From assembly GCA_963663805.2 (NCBI GenBank), contig CAXXMR010000012.1, positions 96,001 through 160,000 on the forward strand: a stretch of 64,000 bases of DNA. The letters are read 5' to 3'. The DNA comes from Sedimentisphaerales bacterium (GTDB lineage: Bacteria; Planctomycetota; Phycisphaerae; Sedimentisphaerales; SM23-30). Made by a program: the position numbers and the translations under genes. Shown piece after piece: positions 38,164 to 47,529 of this stretch; the first letter of the stretch is position 1; every line of letters starts with the position of its first letter. The notes beneath the pieces are model-generated. The model was given only the letters and a program-made list of their open reading frames with translations, ran no database searches and was not told where the DNA came from.

Positions 38164-39465
38164 TTGACAGAATCGCACAGGGCAGAGAGCAGGTGGGGAT
38201 TGAAGACTAACGCTTTCTGGGGCGTTTGGGCGAATGTGATGATGGGGTGCGGACGGTTTCTGGCTTTTATAATTCTGGCAAAGTTTTTCAGCAGTGCGGG
38301 GCTGGGCCAATTCATGCTGGCCTGGGCAATCGTGCTACCTTTGGCGGCAGTTATAAATATGGAAGTGCGAATGGTGCTGGTAACAGACGCACGCGGGGAG
38401 TTGACAGCGGGCGAGTGCCTGGGGGTACGATTTTTGAGCAACGCGGTTTTGTGGGGAATATTGATGTCAACGTGCTATCTGGCCAGGGGGTACTGGAACA
38501 ATTTTAATGGCACACTGCTGCTGGGGGTGGGTGGGATTAAAATGGTGGAGAGCTGGGCGGAGATATACCTGGGAGTATTGCAAAAGCGAGAACGGATGAA
38601 TGAAGTAGCGGTTTCGCAAACATTGAAGACATTGCTGCTGTTGGTATGGACGGGGTTCGTTGCCCTTAGAAATTTACCACTGATTTTTGTGCCGGTAGGA
38701 TGGATTATGGTTTTGCTGGCAGTTACCTGGGCGTATGACCGGGTACGTGCAGGACGCTGCGGTGATATAAATTTGCGATTCGATTACGCCTCGGCAGTGA
38801 AAATTAGCCGACGGGCGTTTTGGCTGGGATTATTCCTGATGATGGTCCACCTGAACGAATCGACAGCTAGGTACTTCATCGACCATTGGTGGGGCGAAGT
38901 GGGTGTCGCCTATTACGGCATGATGATGATCTTCGTAACCGGCGCGGTAATGGCCCAGACCGGCTTGAATCAGTCGGTATTGGGGCGGCTGGCGGTCTAT
39001 TATCATAATGGCGAGATTGGACGGTTTGGCGAACTTTTAGGCAAGGTAGGCGCAATATCACTTCTAGGACTTGGCGTTTTATTTTTGCTGGTGTGGTTTG
39101 GCGGCGAGCAGTTGCTGCATCTGGTAAGTCGCGAGGAATATGTTTATGGAGTTTACGGACCGCTCAGCGGACCACAGCCGTGGGGCCTGCCGGTTTTTGT
39201 GGTGGTGATGCTGGGCGGAGTAATGGTGGTTTTAGGTATGGTGGCCGGTGACGCAATTGTCGCATGTCACCGTTTTAAGAGCAGAATGATCGCGGTTGCT
39301 TTAGGGCTGGCAGTAAATGCCTGGCTGTGTCGGGAATATGTGGCAGAATATGGATTGGTGGGAGCGGCATGGTCGCTGATTGCAGCGAGCACGGTAGTGT
39401 TTGTAATTTGCGGATTAGTGTTGATTAGTGCAATTTTAAGTACACTGCGAATAAACAAGATATGA
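38164..39465 (+). CDS. Wzx-like polysaccharide flippase
   Basis: About 12 TMs; N-terminal LKTNAFW...ILAK...GLGQF pattern; sugar-gene context. Confidence 0.75.
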   Translation: MTESHRAESRWGLKTNAFWGVWANVMMGCGRFLAFIILAKFFSSAGLGQFMLAWAIVLPLAAVINMEVRMVLVTDARGELTAGECLGVRFLSNAVLWGILMSTCYLARGYWNNFNGTLLLGVGGIKMVESWAEIYLGVLQKRERMNEVAVSQTLKTLLLLVWTGFVALRNLPLIFVPVGWIMVLLAVTWAYDRVRAGRCGDINLRFDYASAVKISRRAFWLGLFLMMVHLNESTARYFIDHWWGEVGVAYYGMMMIFVTGAVMAQTGLNQSVLGRLAVYYHNGEIGRFGELLGKVGAISLLGLGVLFLLVWFGGEQLLHLVSREEYVYGVYGPLSGPQPWGLPVFVVVMLGGVMVVLGMVAGDAIVACHRFKSRMIAVALGLAVNAWLCREYVAEYGLVGAAWSLIAASTVVFVICGLVLISAILSTLRINKI

Positions 39466-39475
39466 TAGGAAAAAC

Positions 39476-40354
39476 ATGTATTTAACTGGTTTTGCTGATG
39501 AAGCAGCCGTAGATATCGAGGGACAGATTCGGGCGACCCAGGAGCTGGGCTGGCACTATATCGAAAGCCGAAATGTGAATGGCCGAAATATACATGATAT
39601 CTCCAATGAGGAATTCGAGGTTGTCTGCCGGAAACTCACCGAGTCGGGAGTACGGATAAATTGTTTTGGTTCCGCGATTGCCAATTGGAGCAAGCAGATT
39701 ACCGAATCGTTTGACAGCTCGCTGGCCGAGACCCGACGGGCGATTAAGCGGATGGAGCGTTTACGTACAAAACTGGTGCGTATAATGAGTTTCGCGGTAC
39801 TGAAAGACCGCGGCCCAGATGACCAGATGGCAGCGGAGCGTTTCGCCCGGCTGCGCGAACTGCAAAAAATGTTCGCCGACGCCGGAATCACAGCTGTGCA
39901 TGAGAATTGCATGAATTATGGAGGAATGGGCTGGACCTATACGCTTGAGCTGCTGGAAAATGTGCCGGGACTGAAGCTGGTTTTCGATACCGGTAATCCG
40001 GTGTTTACGGACGACCGAACCAAAAAGCAGCCCTGGCCTAAACAGTCGGCGTGGGAGTTCTATCAGCATGTGAAAGAGCATCTCGTTTATGTGCATATCA
40101 AGGACGGCCTGTGGGATAGCGAGAACCAGAAAACAAAGTATACCTTTCCGGGTGAAGGACGCGGGGACGTAAAACGCATTGTACGAGATTTGCTGGCCAA
40201 CGGTTATGAGGGCGGGTTTTCGATGGAGCCGCATCTGGCAACGGTTTACCATGACGACAGCGTAACCAGCCCGGCAGAAATTAAATATGCCAACTACGTC
40301 GAGTATGGGCGACGGTTTGAACAGATTTTGAAAGAGTGCGGCTATGAAAAGTGA
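39476..40354 (+). CDS. Sugar phosphate isomerase/epimerase (xylose isomerase-like TIM barrel)
   Basis: GFADE, HENC, FDTGN, HIKD, GEGRGD and SMEPH metal motifs. Confidence 0.88.
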   Translation: MYLTGFADEAAVDIEGQIRATQELGWHYIESRNVNGRNIHDISNEEFEVVCRKLTESGVRINCFGSAIANWSKQITESFDSSLAETRRAIKRMERLRTKLVRIMSFAVLKDRGPDDQMAAERFARLRELQKMFADAGITAVHENCMNYGGMGWTYTLELLENVPGLKLVFDTGNPVFTDDRTKKQPWPKQSAWEFYQHVKEHLVYVHIKDGLWDSENQKTKYTFPGEGRGDVKRIVRDLLANGYEGGFSMEPHLATVYHDDSVTSPAEIKYANYVEYGRRFEQILKECGYEK

Positions 40355-40793
40355 TTCGCCAAGGACACTGGATGAAGCAAAGAAGATATATGCTCTTACG
40401 AATGAAAATCTGCTGAAATCACTGGAAATTCTGGAAAGACAGTTGAACGTGCTGCATACTCGCGCCCAGGTTTTGATGACGCTGGCGGGCGTGGTCTTGA
40501 CTGTCACAGGTTTTTCGGGGAGGGTGATAGCCGGAACCAGCTCTCTGGCGAAAATGACAATTGTGCTGGGCTTGCTGATTGTCCTGACCAGTGCCGTCTG
40601 GGTCTGGAGCAGGGTTATGGGCATCAAATGGGTTACCGACGGAGCGGAAGGTGAACCGATTGAGGTCTTGAGAATAATAATTGAGCGGCGAAATTTGAAA
40701 ACGAGAGCTTATCGACTCGGCGGAGTAATTCTAAGTCTGGGTTTGTTTGTCTACGGATTAGCGGTAGCGCAGATGTTTTTATTTTCGGTTTGA
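40344..40793 (+). CDS. Hypothetical 3-TM membrane protein
   Basis: 149 aa with three hydrophobic segments; overlaps the upstream stop. Confidence 0.65.
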   Translation: MKSDSPRTLDEAKKIYALTNENLLKSLEILERQLNVLHTRAQVLMTLAGVVLTVTGFSGRVIAGTSSLAKMTIVLGLLIVLTSAVWVWSRVMGIKWVTDGAEGEPIEVLRIIIERRNLKTRAYRLGGVILSLGLFVYGLAVAQMFLFSV

Positions 40794-41351
40794 GGAACTG
40801 CCTGATTTGGGGTTTACGCCCTGTTTGGTAAGCCGGGCCCATCTCAGCGCTTCCTGCACACCTCGTTTGGTAAGTGGAAATCCTCGCCCGGTAATATCGT
40901 TCAGGCAACGAAGAGCGTAAATTTGATGTTCGCCTTTATGACGCAGGGTAAGAATTACGGTAGGCAGACCAGCCTGGTCGCCCATTTGACGCAGGGCAAC
41001 AGCGGCAGCACAGCGAACATTGGGATTGTGGTCCTGGAGGCTGTCATAGAGTTTAGATTTCTCGTCGAGCGCACGAATCTGGCCGAGCGATTCGCAAGCG
41101 ATGGTACGCATGTGGGAATCGGAACTGCCCAGCAGTTTAGCGATTTGAGACGCCGCGTCAGGTCCGCCGATACGCACGAGCGAGGATACGGCACCTTCAC
41201 GAATAACCGGGTCAGCGTGATTGAGCAAAGGCGCTATCTTCATAATCTCCGCAACTGAGCATTGATTAGATAAAATAGCGGCAGCGTCAACACCGCTTAG
41301 TCTGCGTTGCTGATCGGGTGTACGCCAGTAATGTTTGCTGCTCAAGGTCAT
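40779..41351 (-). CDS. HEAT-repeat protein
   Basis: LLNHADPVIREGAVSSL, LLGSSDSHMRTIACESL and LQDHNPNVRCAAAVAL repeats. Confidence 0.8.
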   Translation of the reverse strand: MTLSSKHYWRTPDQQRRLSGVDAAAILSNQCSVAEIMKIAPLLNHADPVIREGAVSSLVRIGGPDAASQIAKLLGSSDSHMRTIACESLGQIRALDEKSKLYDSLQDHNPNVRCAAAVALRQMGDQAGLPTVILTLRHKGEHQIYALRCLNDITGRGFPLTKRGVQEALRWARLTKQGVNPKSGSSSNRK

Positions 41352-41535
41352 TATTTTCTAACTGGTTCTCCGTTATCGGCCTCTGCTTTTGCGCAATAAG
41401 GCCACTATAATAGTTTGCCAATATCAATATACAATTCGAGAGGAGCAAGGGCAGGATAAACGGGATATTATTCCCAGGTTGCCTGATTTTTAATTTTGCC
41501 TAACCGTCACAACCGGTATTGACTGGAAAGAACCC

Positions 41536-41582
41536 GAAACCAAGCCGTTCACTCTTGCCTCATGCCTCTTGCCTTCTTAAAT
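41536..41582 (+). repeat. Direct copy of the 35.8 kb repeat element
   Basis: GAAACCAAGCCGTTCACT is identical to 35810-35827 and is followed by CTTGCCTCATGCCTCTTGCCTTCTTAAAT (tail matches 35911-35926). Confidence 0.75.
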
Positions 41583-41589
41583 ATCTGGC

Positions 41590-44001
41590 TTACGGTGTTA
41601 TCCTATTGAATCTTCTGGAGCCGAGAGTCAGGTTTTGCAGCGACTTGGGCCAAATGCTGAATGAAAATGATGCACTGTCCCGGTTGGCGTCGTAGCTAAA
41701 GCTGAATGCCCCGTACCATTGGGGAAAAGAGCGAATAATGACTGCCTGAGTATATGCAGCGGAACCACGCTCAAGATCAAACTCGTGAGCGGCACCAACG
41801 GTATATTTGGTATTGACGCGATAGCTTCCGCCCGCAGTGAGAAAATTACTGTCAGCCTGGTCGTAAGGGTCGCCGTTATTGAGAAAGCGGCTGCCGAAAT
41901 AGTAACTCAAACGAGGGCTGCGCTGCACCGCAATCGCCAAATCTGACTGACTGAACACTCCATCATGAATATTGGTGTTATTAGAACCGATAAAAGCAGT
42001 GCTATCGGAAATAAGCCAGACCCACGACGCTTTTACGTGGTCGCTATAGGTCCGGTTGATTTCCTCACGGCGGGCCAGGTCAAAGTTTGAAAGATCGGTG
42101 TTCACCAGCGGACGCCTGTCGAGCTGCCATTCGGGGGTATTAAAATAAAAGTCGCTGGGCAAAGCCGCATTGTCAATATCGTGCTCGACCAGAGTAAGTG
42201 AGGAATCAAAGCGAAGAAAATCAACATTATGCTGTTTGTTTTGCGGGCCGCGTTTAGTCTGCCAGCGTTGGGAAATCGAAATATTATACAGGCCGTTCTG
42301 AGAAATGTCTTCGGAGTCACAATCAACCCAAAAGGCACTGAACTGGGGCACAACAATATGACGAACGCGGTCAATATCCCAGAAACGAGAGTAAAAATTA
42401 TCGTTGAGGTGCCAGAGCTGAGTCGATATTCTGCCGCCCAAAGCACCCTGAAATGTATGCGTGTGAGGCAAAACGTCATTGTAGGCGTAGGTGCCTATAA
42501 CGGTGGGCACAACACGCAGGTTTTCAATCTTCAGCGGCAGAGCCAGTTCATGTCGGCTGACACCGGCAGCATATTGACCTTCGTCCACATTTCCGTTGAG
42601 GATACTGGGCTGATACGAGCCGCTGGGGTCGGGCACATCACGGTCACCGTATGCCTCAGCCTGGCGAGAAATGTAGCCGTCATGGTAGTAAGTCAGTATC
42701 TCGAAAATATCCTGACCAGCCAGATGCAACCCCGCCCGCGGCAGTTCGGTCACGGTATAGTCGAAATCGTTAAGCTGCCATTTAGCGAGAAAATCGAAGG
42801 CCCAGTTGTCACGCTGCTGTTTGAGATAGACCAGGGTTTCCTGTTCCTTGCCCGTGTCGAACTCTTTTTCTGACCAGCTTTCGAGAAAGTCAGGGTCAGA
42901 CAGATAGCTGGTCTCGAAAGTCACCTGCCATGACTGGGGCAGATATTGACGATGCTGCCAGGTTGCCCGGCCCCGCCAGTCTTGCAGTGGTTTGACATCT
43001 TTACGGGAAGTTTGTTGGCCGAGCCGGTCCAGTCCGTTGTCGTGTACTGCATAGGTTTTCAAATTGCCGAAAAAATCGTCCGTTTTATAGTCAGCCTCAA
43101 AACCGCTCGCCGGGCCGCGTTTAGTGAATCCGTCGAGCCGGAGCGTGGTGTCTAATTCTTTTTCGAGTTTATTCAGGCCCAGCAGCCAGTTGCTGTCCCA
43201 CTCTGTTTCGACGCTGCTACCGAACGCGGAACTGCTGGAAAAATGAACGGATTTGATGGGCGTGGAGGCTTGGCCGATACCAACCTGGGCAGCGGCTTTG
43301 GGCCAGAAAAAAACAGGAATGCCTTCAAAGTTTAGCACGATATTTTTGATTTCGTAGTCGTAGACTGGCGATTTATCGGTTGCCTGACTGCCCGATTGGC
43401 CCTGAGGGGTGGCAAAAACGGTTGCCTCTTGGGCACCGATGTAGGTGTGGGGCTTATAAAATTCATCGGTGGTCAGCTTGACATCTTTCAGGGTGAAAGT
43501 ACTCATCGACTCAATTTTGATTTCACGGGCGCGGGCGCAAAGGGCAGGGTAATCAGAGTCAAACTGCATTTTCAACCGGGCATCTATTACCAGGGCGCTA
43601 TTGCTCTGGAAATCGAAATACATACGTTCGGCAGTAAATTTATTCTCGCTGCGCGCGTCGCCGGCGGTTACCTGCATAATAACATCGTCTTCGAGGTAAA
43701 TACCCAATGCGTCGGGCTGCTCAGATGGATCCTGAAGATTCTTCTGGGCGTAAAAAACCACGGCCCGGCGAGCCCGGAACTCGATTAGTCGATTCTGGTC
43801 TTTCTGGTCCTGGAAGATATATATACCGTCGGTGCAGGTCAGCACATCTGTACCGTCTGGCTGGGGCTGAGAGATAAATTTGCCCTGGGGCACGACGTGT
43901 ATGGGATATTGGGCTATCTCTGGAGTCTCGACAGCAAGAGTCGGTAGAGCAATGAGAACCAACAGCATCAGAAAAAAACATGATTTGAGACGTTGGAGCA
44001 T
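41590..44001 (-). CDS. lptD: LptD-like outer membrane LPS assembly protein
   Basis: Signal peptide, jellyroll-like N-terminus, GIPVFFWP, YLSDPDFLE and QRWQTKRG; beta-strand-rich C-terminus; 803 aa. Confidence 0.7.
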   Translation of the reverse strand: MLQRLKSCFFLMLLVLIALPTLAVETPEIAQYPIHVVPQGKFISQPQPDGTDVLTCTDGIYIFQDQKDQNRLIEFRARRAVVFYAQKNLQDPSEQPDALGIYLEDDVIMQVTAGDARSENKFTAERMYFDFQSNSALVIDARLKMQFDSDYPALCARAREIKIESMSTFTLKDVKLTTDEFYKPHTYIGAQEATVFATPQGQSGSQATDKSPVYDYEIKNIVLNFEGIPVFFWPKAAAQVGIGQASTPIKSVHFSSSSAFGSSVETEWDSNWLLGLNKLEKELDTTLRLDGFTKRGPASGFEADYKTDDFFGNLKTYAVHDNGLDRLGQQTSRKDVKPLQDWRGRATWQHRQYLPQSWQVTFETSYLSDPDFLESWSEKEFDTGKEQETLVYLKQQRDNWAFDFLAKWQLNDFDYTVTELPRAGLHLAGQDIFEILTYYHDGYISRQAEAYGDRDVPDPSGSYQPSILNGNVDEGQYAAGVSRHELALPLKIENLRVVPTVIGTYAYNDVLPHTHTFQGALGGRISTQLWHLNDNFYSRFWDIDRVRHIVVPQFSAFWVDCDSEDISQNGLYNISISQRWQTKRGPQNKQHNVDFLRFDSSLTLVEHDIDNAALPSDFYFNTPEWQLDRRPLVNTDLSNFDLARREEINRTYSDHVKASWVWLISDSTAFIGSNNTNIHDGVFSQSDLAIAVQRSPRLSYYFGSRFLNNGDPYDQADSNFLTAGGSYRVNTKYTVGAAHEFDLERGSAAYTQAVIIRSFPQWYGAFSFSYDANRDSASFSFSIWPKSLQNLTLGSRRFNRITP

Positions 44002-44123
44002 AAGTTTTTATTTCACAGGCTTATAGTAGTTGACTTTTGGGGAGTATTATAAGATGTGGGGAAATAAATGCCAGTAAAATAGCGAAAAAGGAACACGGTA
44101 ATATCCCCCATCCCCCCCACATC

Positions 44124-44161
44124 CCAACAGAAGCCGCCCCGCGTAAGCAGCCGGATTAGAA
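44124..44161 (+). repeat. REP-like palindromic element, copy 1
   Basis: CCAACAGAAGCCGCCCCGCGTAAGCAGCCGGATTAGAA; 34/38 identical to the reverse complement of 47484-47521. Confidence 0.75.
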
Positions 44162-44434
44162 CACCAACAACGCCCCCCAACAGAAACCCGATTCAACCTC
44201 CCAAAAACCCTCAAAAACCTTCCAAAAATGCCAAAAAACGTAAATTTTCGTCAAAAAACGCCAAAAAACGGGCCTTCTAGGCCCATTCGCGCTGAATTTT
44301 TGCCAAGTTTTGGCCCTCATTACCGCACTTCTGCCTACAAAAAATAAGCACTTACAACAATTTCCAAACTCCAATCTTAGCCCTTGCCGAACAACCATCC
44401 CCAAGATATAGTACCAAAAAGAAAGGATACAAAC

Positions 44435-45334
44435 ATGAGATTCACCAAAATGCACGGCCTGGGCAACGACTACGTTTACGTAAACTGCTTTGAACAAACA
44501 GTTAACGACCCACAAACCTTGGCCCTCCAAATCAGCGACCGACATTTCGGCATCGGCTCCGACGGCCTCATACTCGTCATGCCATCAGACATCGCCGACG
44601 CAAAAATGCGCATGTTCAACGCCGACGGCTCCGAATCTCAAATGTGCGGAAACGGAGTCCGATGCGTCGCTAAGTTAGTTTACGACAACAACTTAGCACA
44701 AACACGTCCCGTAGACCACCCCATCTGCCAACGGCTCCTGCAGGACGCCTGCCCAGATGCCGATTCACTTGCTCAACTCAATATTGAAACCGGCAATGGC
44801 GTCCTAACTATTGCACTGGCAATAACTTCAGGCCAGGCAACCCACGCCTGTGTCGATATGGGCAACCCCATCCTCGCCCCCCTCCAAATCCCCGTCAACA
44901 TTCCCGGACCCGACGCCGGCGCAATCCCAATAGCAGTAAATGGTTACAACTTCATCGGAACCTGCGTCTCCATGGGCAATCCACATGTAACTATTTACGT
45001 AGAAGACGTTTCCGTCATAGATCTGCCCACCCTCGGCCCCCTGATTGAAAAGCACGAGCTTTTCCCTCTCAGGGTAAATGTACATTTCGTACAAATCGTT
45101 GATGAAAATGAAGTTATAATGAGAACCTGGGAACGCGGCTCAGGAATCACCCTCGCTTGCGGCACCGGAGCCTCCGCCGTCTGCGTCGCCGGCGTACTAA
45201 CCGGAAATTCCCAACCCCAAATCCTCGCCCACCTGCCCGGTGGAAATCTACAACTACTGTGGGCACAAGAAGATAACCACGTTTATATGGTAGGCCCCGC
45301 CGCCAACGTCTTCACCGGAACATACCCCGCATAA
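44435..45334 (+). CDS. dapF: Diaminopimelate epimerase
   Basis: MRFTKMHGLGNDY, MCGNGVRC, SMGNPH and ERGSGITLACGTGA; GAAAGGA RBS before ATG 44435. Confidence 0.96.
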   Translation: MRFTKMHGLGNDYVYVNCFEQTVNDPQTLALQISDRHFGIGSDGLILVMPSDIADAKMRMFNADGSESQMCGNGVRCVAKLVYDNNLAQTRPVDHPICQRLLQDACPDADSLAQLNIETGNGVLTIALAITSGQATHACVDMGNPILAPLQIPVNIPGPDAGAIPIAVNGYNFIGTCVSMGNPHVTIYVEDVSVIDLPTLGPLIEKHELFPLRVNVHFVQIVDENEVIMRTWERGSGITLACGTGASAVCVAGVLTGNSQPQILAHLPGGNLQLLWAQEDNHVYMVGPAANVFTGTYPA

Positions 45335-45519
45335 GCGATAAAACAACCTCCGCCCAAGGCAAATATCGACCATTTCTTAAAAAAACCCGACCTTCCCCAA
45401 AAACATATCTTATACTCTAACAGATAGTTATCGTGATTTTCCCATGAAATTATGGGAACCGTCAAGGCCCCGGAGCCGCCTGAGCAGAATAAGTGTAAAT
45501 ACTTGTAAAAAGGTGGCTT

Positions 45520-46434
45520 ATGACTCTACACCAACGAGTAACCCTCTCCGTACTGGCCGTTATCGTGCCCGGCCTGATAATCCTGGCGATTCTACCCCAG
45601 GTATTTGAAAACTATAACCTCCAGTATTCATCCGTACTTACCGTCCTATATCTCGCCCTGCTGGTCCTGATTCTCCTCAAAATCACCCACAGCATGATAT
45701 CCAAACCACTAAACGCCCTGTTCGATTCCGTACACGCCCACGACCTTTGCCCCCAGGAACTTACCAGACGCTCCGACGAAATAGGCCGTATCGCCCGACT
45801 AATGAATAACTGCCTGAAACAAAGAGACTTACACCAAATGGCTGCCGAGCGAGCCAACTCCCGCGTCAGCACCGAATTATACCGTGTCGCCCGCAATCAC
45901 AAACTGCAAGTCATTAACCTGCAAAAGGATGCGACAACCGACGAACTCACCCGCCTGGCCAACCGGGCCCGACTCGAACAAGAAGGCCCACAACTCTTTG
46001 ACCAGGCCCGTAAACAAGATATTGATTTATCTGTCATGATGATAGATGTTGACAAATTCAAACAAATCAACGACTCACTCGGCCACGATGTCGGCGATAA
46101 AGTTATCGCCTTCATGGGTGAAATTCTCCGTGGTTGTACCCGCCCGGTCGATCTCTCCGCCCGATTTGGCGGGGACGAATTCGTAATAATACTCAAAGGA
46201 TGCAGCCTGAAAAGCTCTGCCGCTATCGCTGAACGTATGCGTAAACTCTTTGAGCGAGAGGTCTTACAAATAATTAACCCGACCGGTAAAAAACTCGACT
46301 TCCAGCCCGGCCTAAGTATCGGAATCGCCTCACTCAAACGCAGTAAGGTCAGCCAGTTCACAACCCTCTGCAAACTCGCCGACAAAGCCCTCTACCGCGC
46401 CAAGGAAGGCGGTCGAAACCGGGTCGCCATCTAA
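45520..46434 (+). CDS. Membrane diguanylate cyclase (2TM-HAMP-GGDEF)
   Basis: Two TMs, RSDEIG HAMP signature, DVDKFKQINDSLGHDVGD, RPVD I-site and GGDEF. Confidence 0.93.
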   Translation: MTLHQRVTLSVLAVIVPGLIILAILPQVFENYNLQYSSVLTVLYLALLVLILLKITHSMISKPLNALFDSVHAHDLCPQELTRRSDEIGRIARLMNNCLKQRDLHQMAAERANSRVSTELYRVARNHKLQVINLQKDATTDELTRLANRARLEQEGPQLFDQARKQDIDLSVMMIDVDKFKQINDSLGHDVGDKVIAFMGEILRGCTRPVDLSARFGGDEFVIILKGCSLKSSAAIAERMRKLFEREVLQIINPTGKKLDFQPGLSIGIASLKRSKVSQFTTLCKLADKALYRAKEGGRNRVAI

Positions 46435-46528
46435 ATCTAAATTGTGACTTTTGCACTGTCTCATTCTGTCATAGCCGCTATAATCTGAGTCTTGGATTAT
46501 TCGTTTTTATTTGCTCAGGAGAACGCCT

Positions 46529-47407
46529 ATGACAGCTAAACTCATTAAGGGCAAGGAAGTAGCCGCCCAGATTCGTGACGAAATCAAATTTTCCGTCGAT
46601 AAACTCAAAGCCGAAAAAGGCATCACCCCCGGCCTGGTGACCATCCTGGTAGGTGAAAACCCCGCCTCCCAAAGTTATGTCCGGGCCAAACAGAAAACCG
46701 CACATGAACTGGGCTACCATTCCATCCAGGAAAACATGCCCGCCGACATGTCCGAAAAAGACCTGCTCGTCCTGGTCGATAAGTATAATAAAGACAAAGA
46801 GATACACGGCATACTCGTCCAGCTGCCCCTACCCAAACACATCAACGAAACCAAAATTCTTTATGCCATCGACCCCGACAAGGACGTAGATGGATTTCAT
46901 CCGGTAAACGTTGGTCGCATGGTCATCGGTGAACCGGCGTATCTGCCTTGCACACCTTATGGCATTCAGCAACTACTCATCCGCTCCGGTGTCAAAACCG
47001 AAGGGGCCGAAGTTGTGGTTGTAGGCCGCAGTAATATTGTGGGCAAACCCATCGCCAACATGATGCTCCAGAAGGCCGAGGGGGCCAACTCAACCGTAAC
47101 CATCTGCCATACCCGCACTAAAGATATGGCTACCCATACCAAACGTGCCGATATTCTCATCGTCGCCGCTGGTGTTGTTAATGCCGTCACCGCTGACATG
47201 GTGAAACCGGGTGCGATTGTGATTGACGTTGGTGTGAATGAAATCGGCAGAACGGCAGAAGGCAAACGCAAACTGGTTGGTGATGTGGACTTTGCGCCGG
47301 TGGCGGAAATTGCCTCGATGATTACTCCAGTGCCGGGCGGTGTCGGGCCTATGACAATTACCATGCTGATGCTTAATACTTTGCAGGCTGCTCAGCGATT
47401 ATCGTAA
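46529..47407 (+). CDS. folD: Methylenetetrahydrofolate dehydrogenase/cyclohydrolase
   Basis: HGILVQLPLP, KDVDGFHP, GRSNIVGKP and TPVPGGVGPMT; AGGAG RBS before ATG 46529. Confidence 0.97.
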   Translation: MTAKLIKGKEVAAQIRDEIKFSVDKLKAEKGITPGLVTILVGENPASQSYVRAKQKTAHELGYHSIQENMPADMSEKDLLVLVDKYNKDKEIHGILVQLPLPKHINETKILYAIDPDKDVDGFHPVNVGRMVIGEPAYLPCTPYGIQQLLIRSGVKTEGAEVVVVGRSNIVGKPIANMMLQKAEGANSTVTICHTRTKDMATHTKRADILIVAAGVVNAVTADMVKPGAIVIDVGVNEIGRTAEGKRKLVGDVDFAPVAEIASMITPVPGGVGPMTITMLMLNTLQAAQRLS

Positions 47408-47483
47408 GTTTTTTGCGTTTAATAAGTTAAAGAAACATCGTTTTTTGGGCTTATGACTTTGGGTGCCAACAGGATATATGATA

Positions 47484-47521
47484 TTCCAATCCGGCCGCTT
47501 ACGCGGCTCGGCTTCTGTTGG
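47484..47521 (-). repeat. REP-like palindromic element, copy 2 (inverted)
   Basis: Reverse complement reads CCAACAGAAGCCGAGCCGCGTAAGCGGCCGGATTGGAA; lies between convergent folD and CoA-disulfide reductase genes. Confidence 0.75.
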
Positions 47522-47529
47522 TGGTATGA

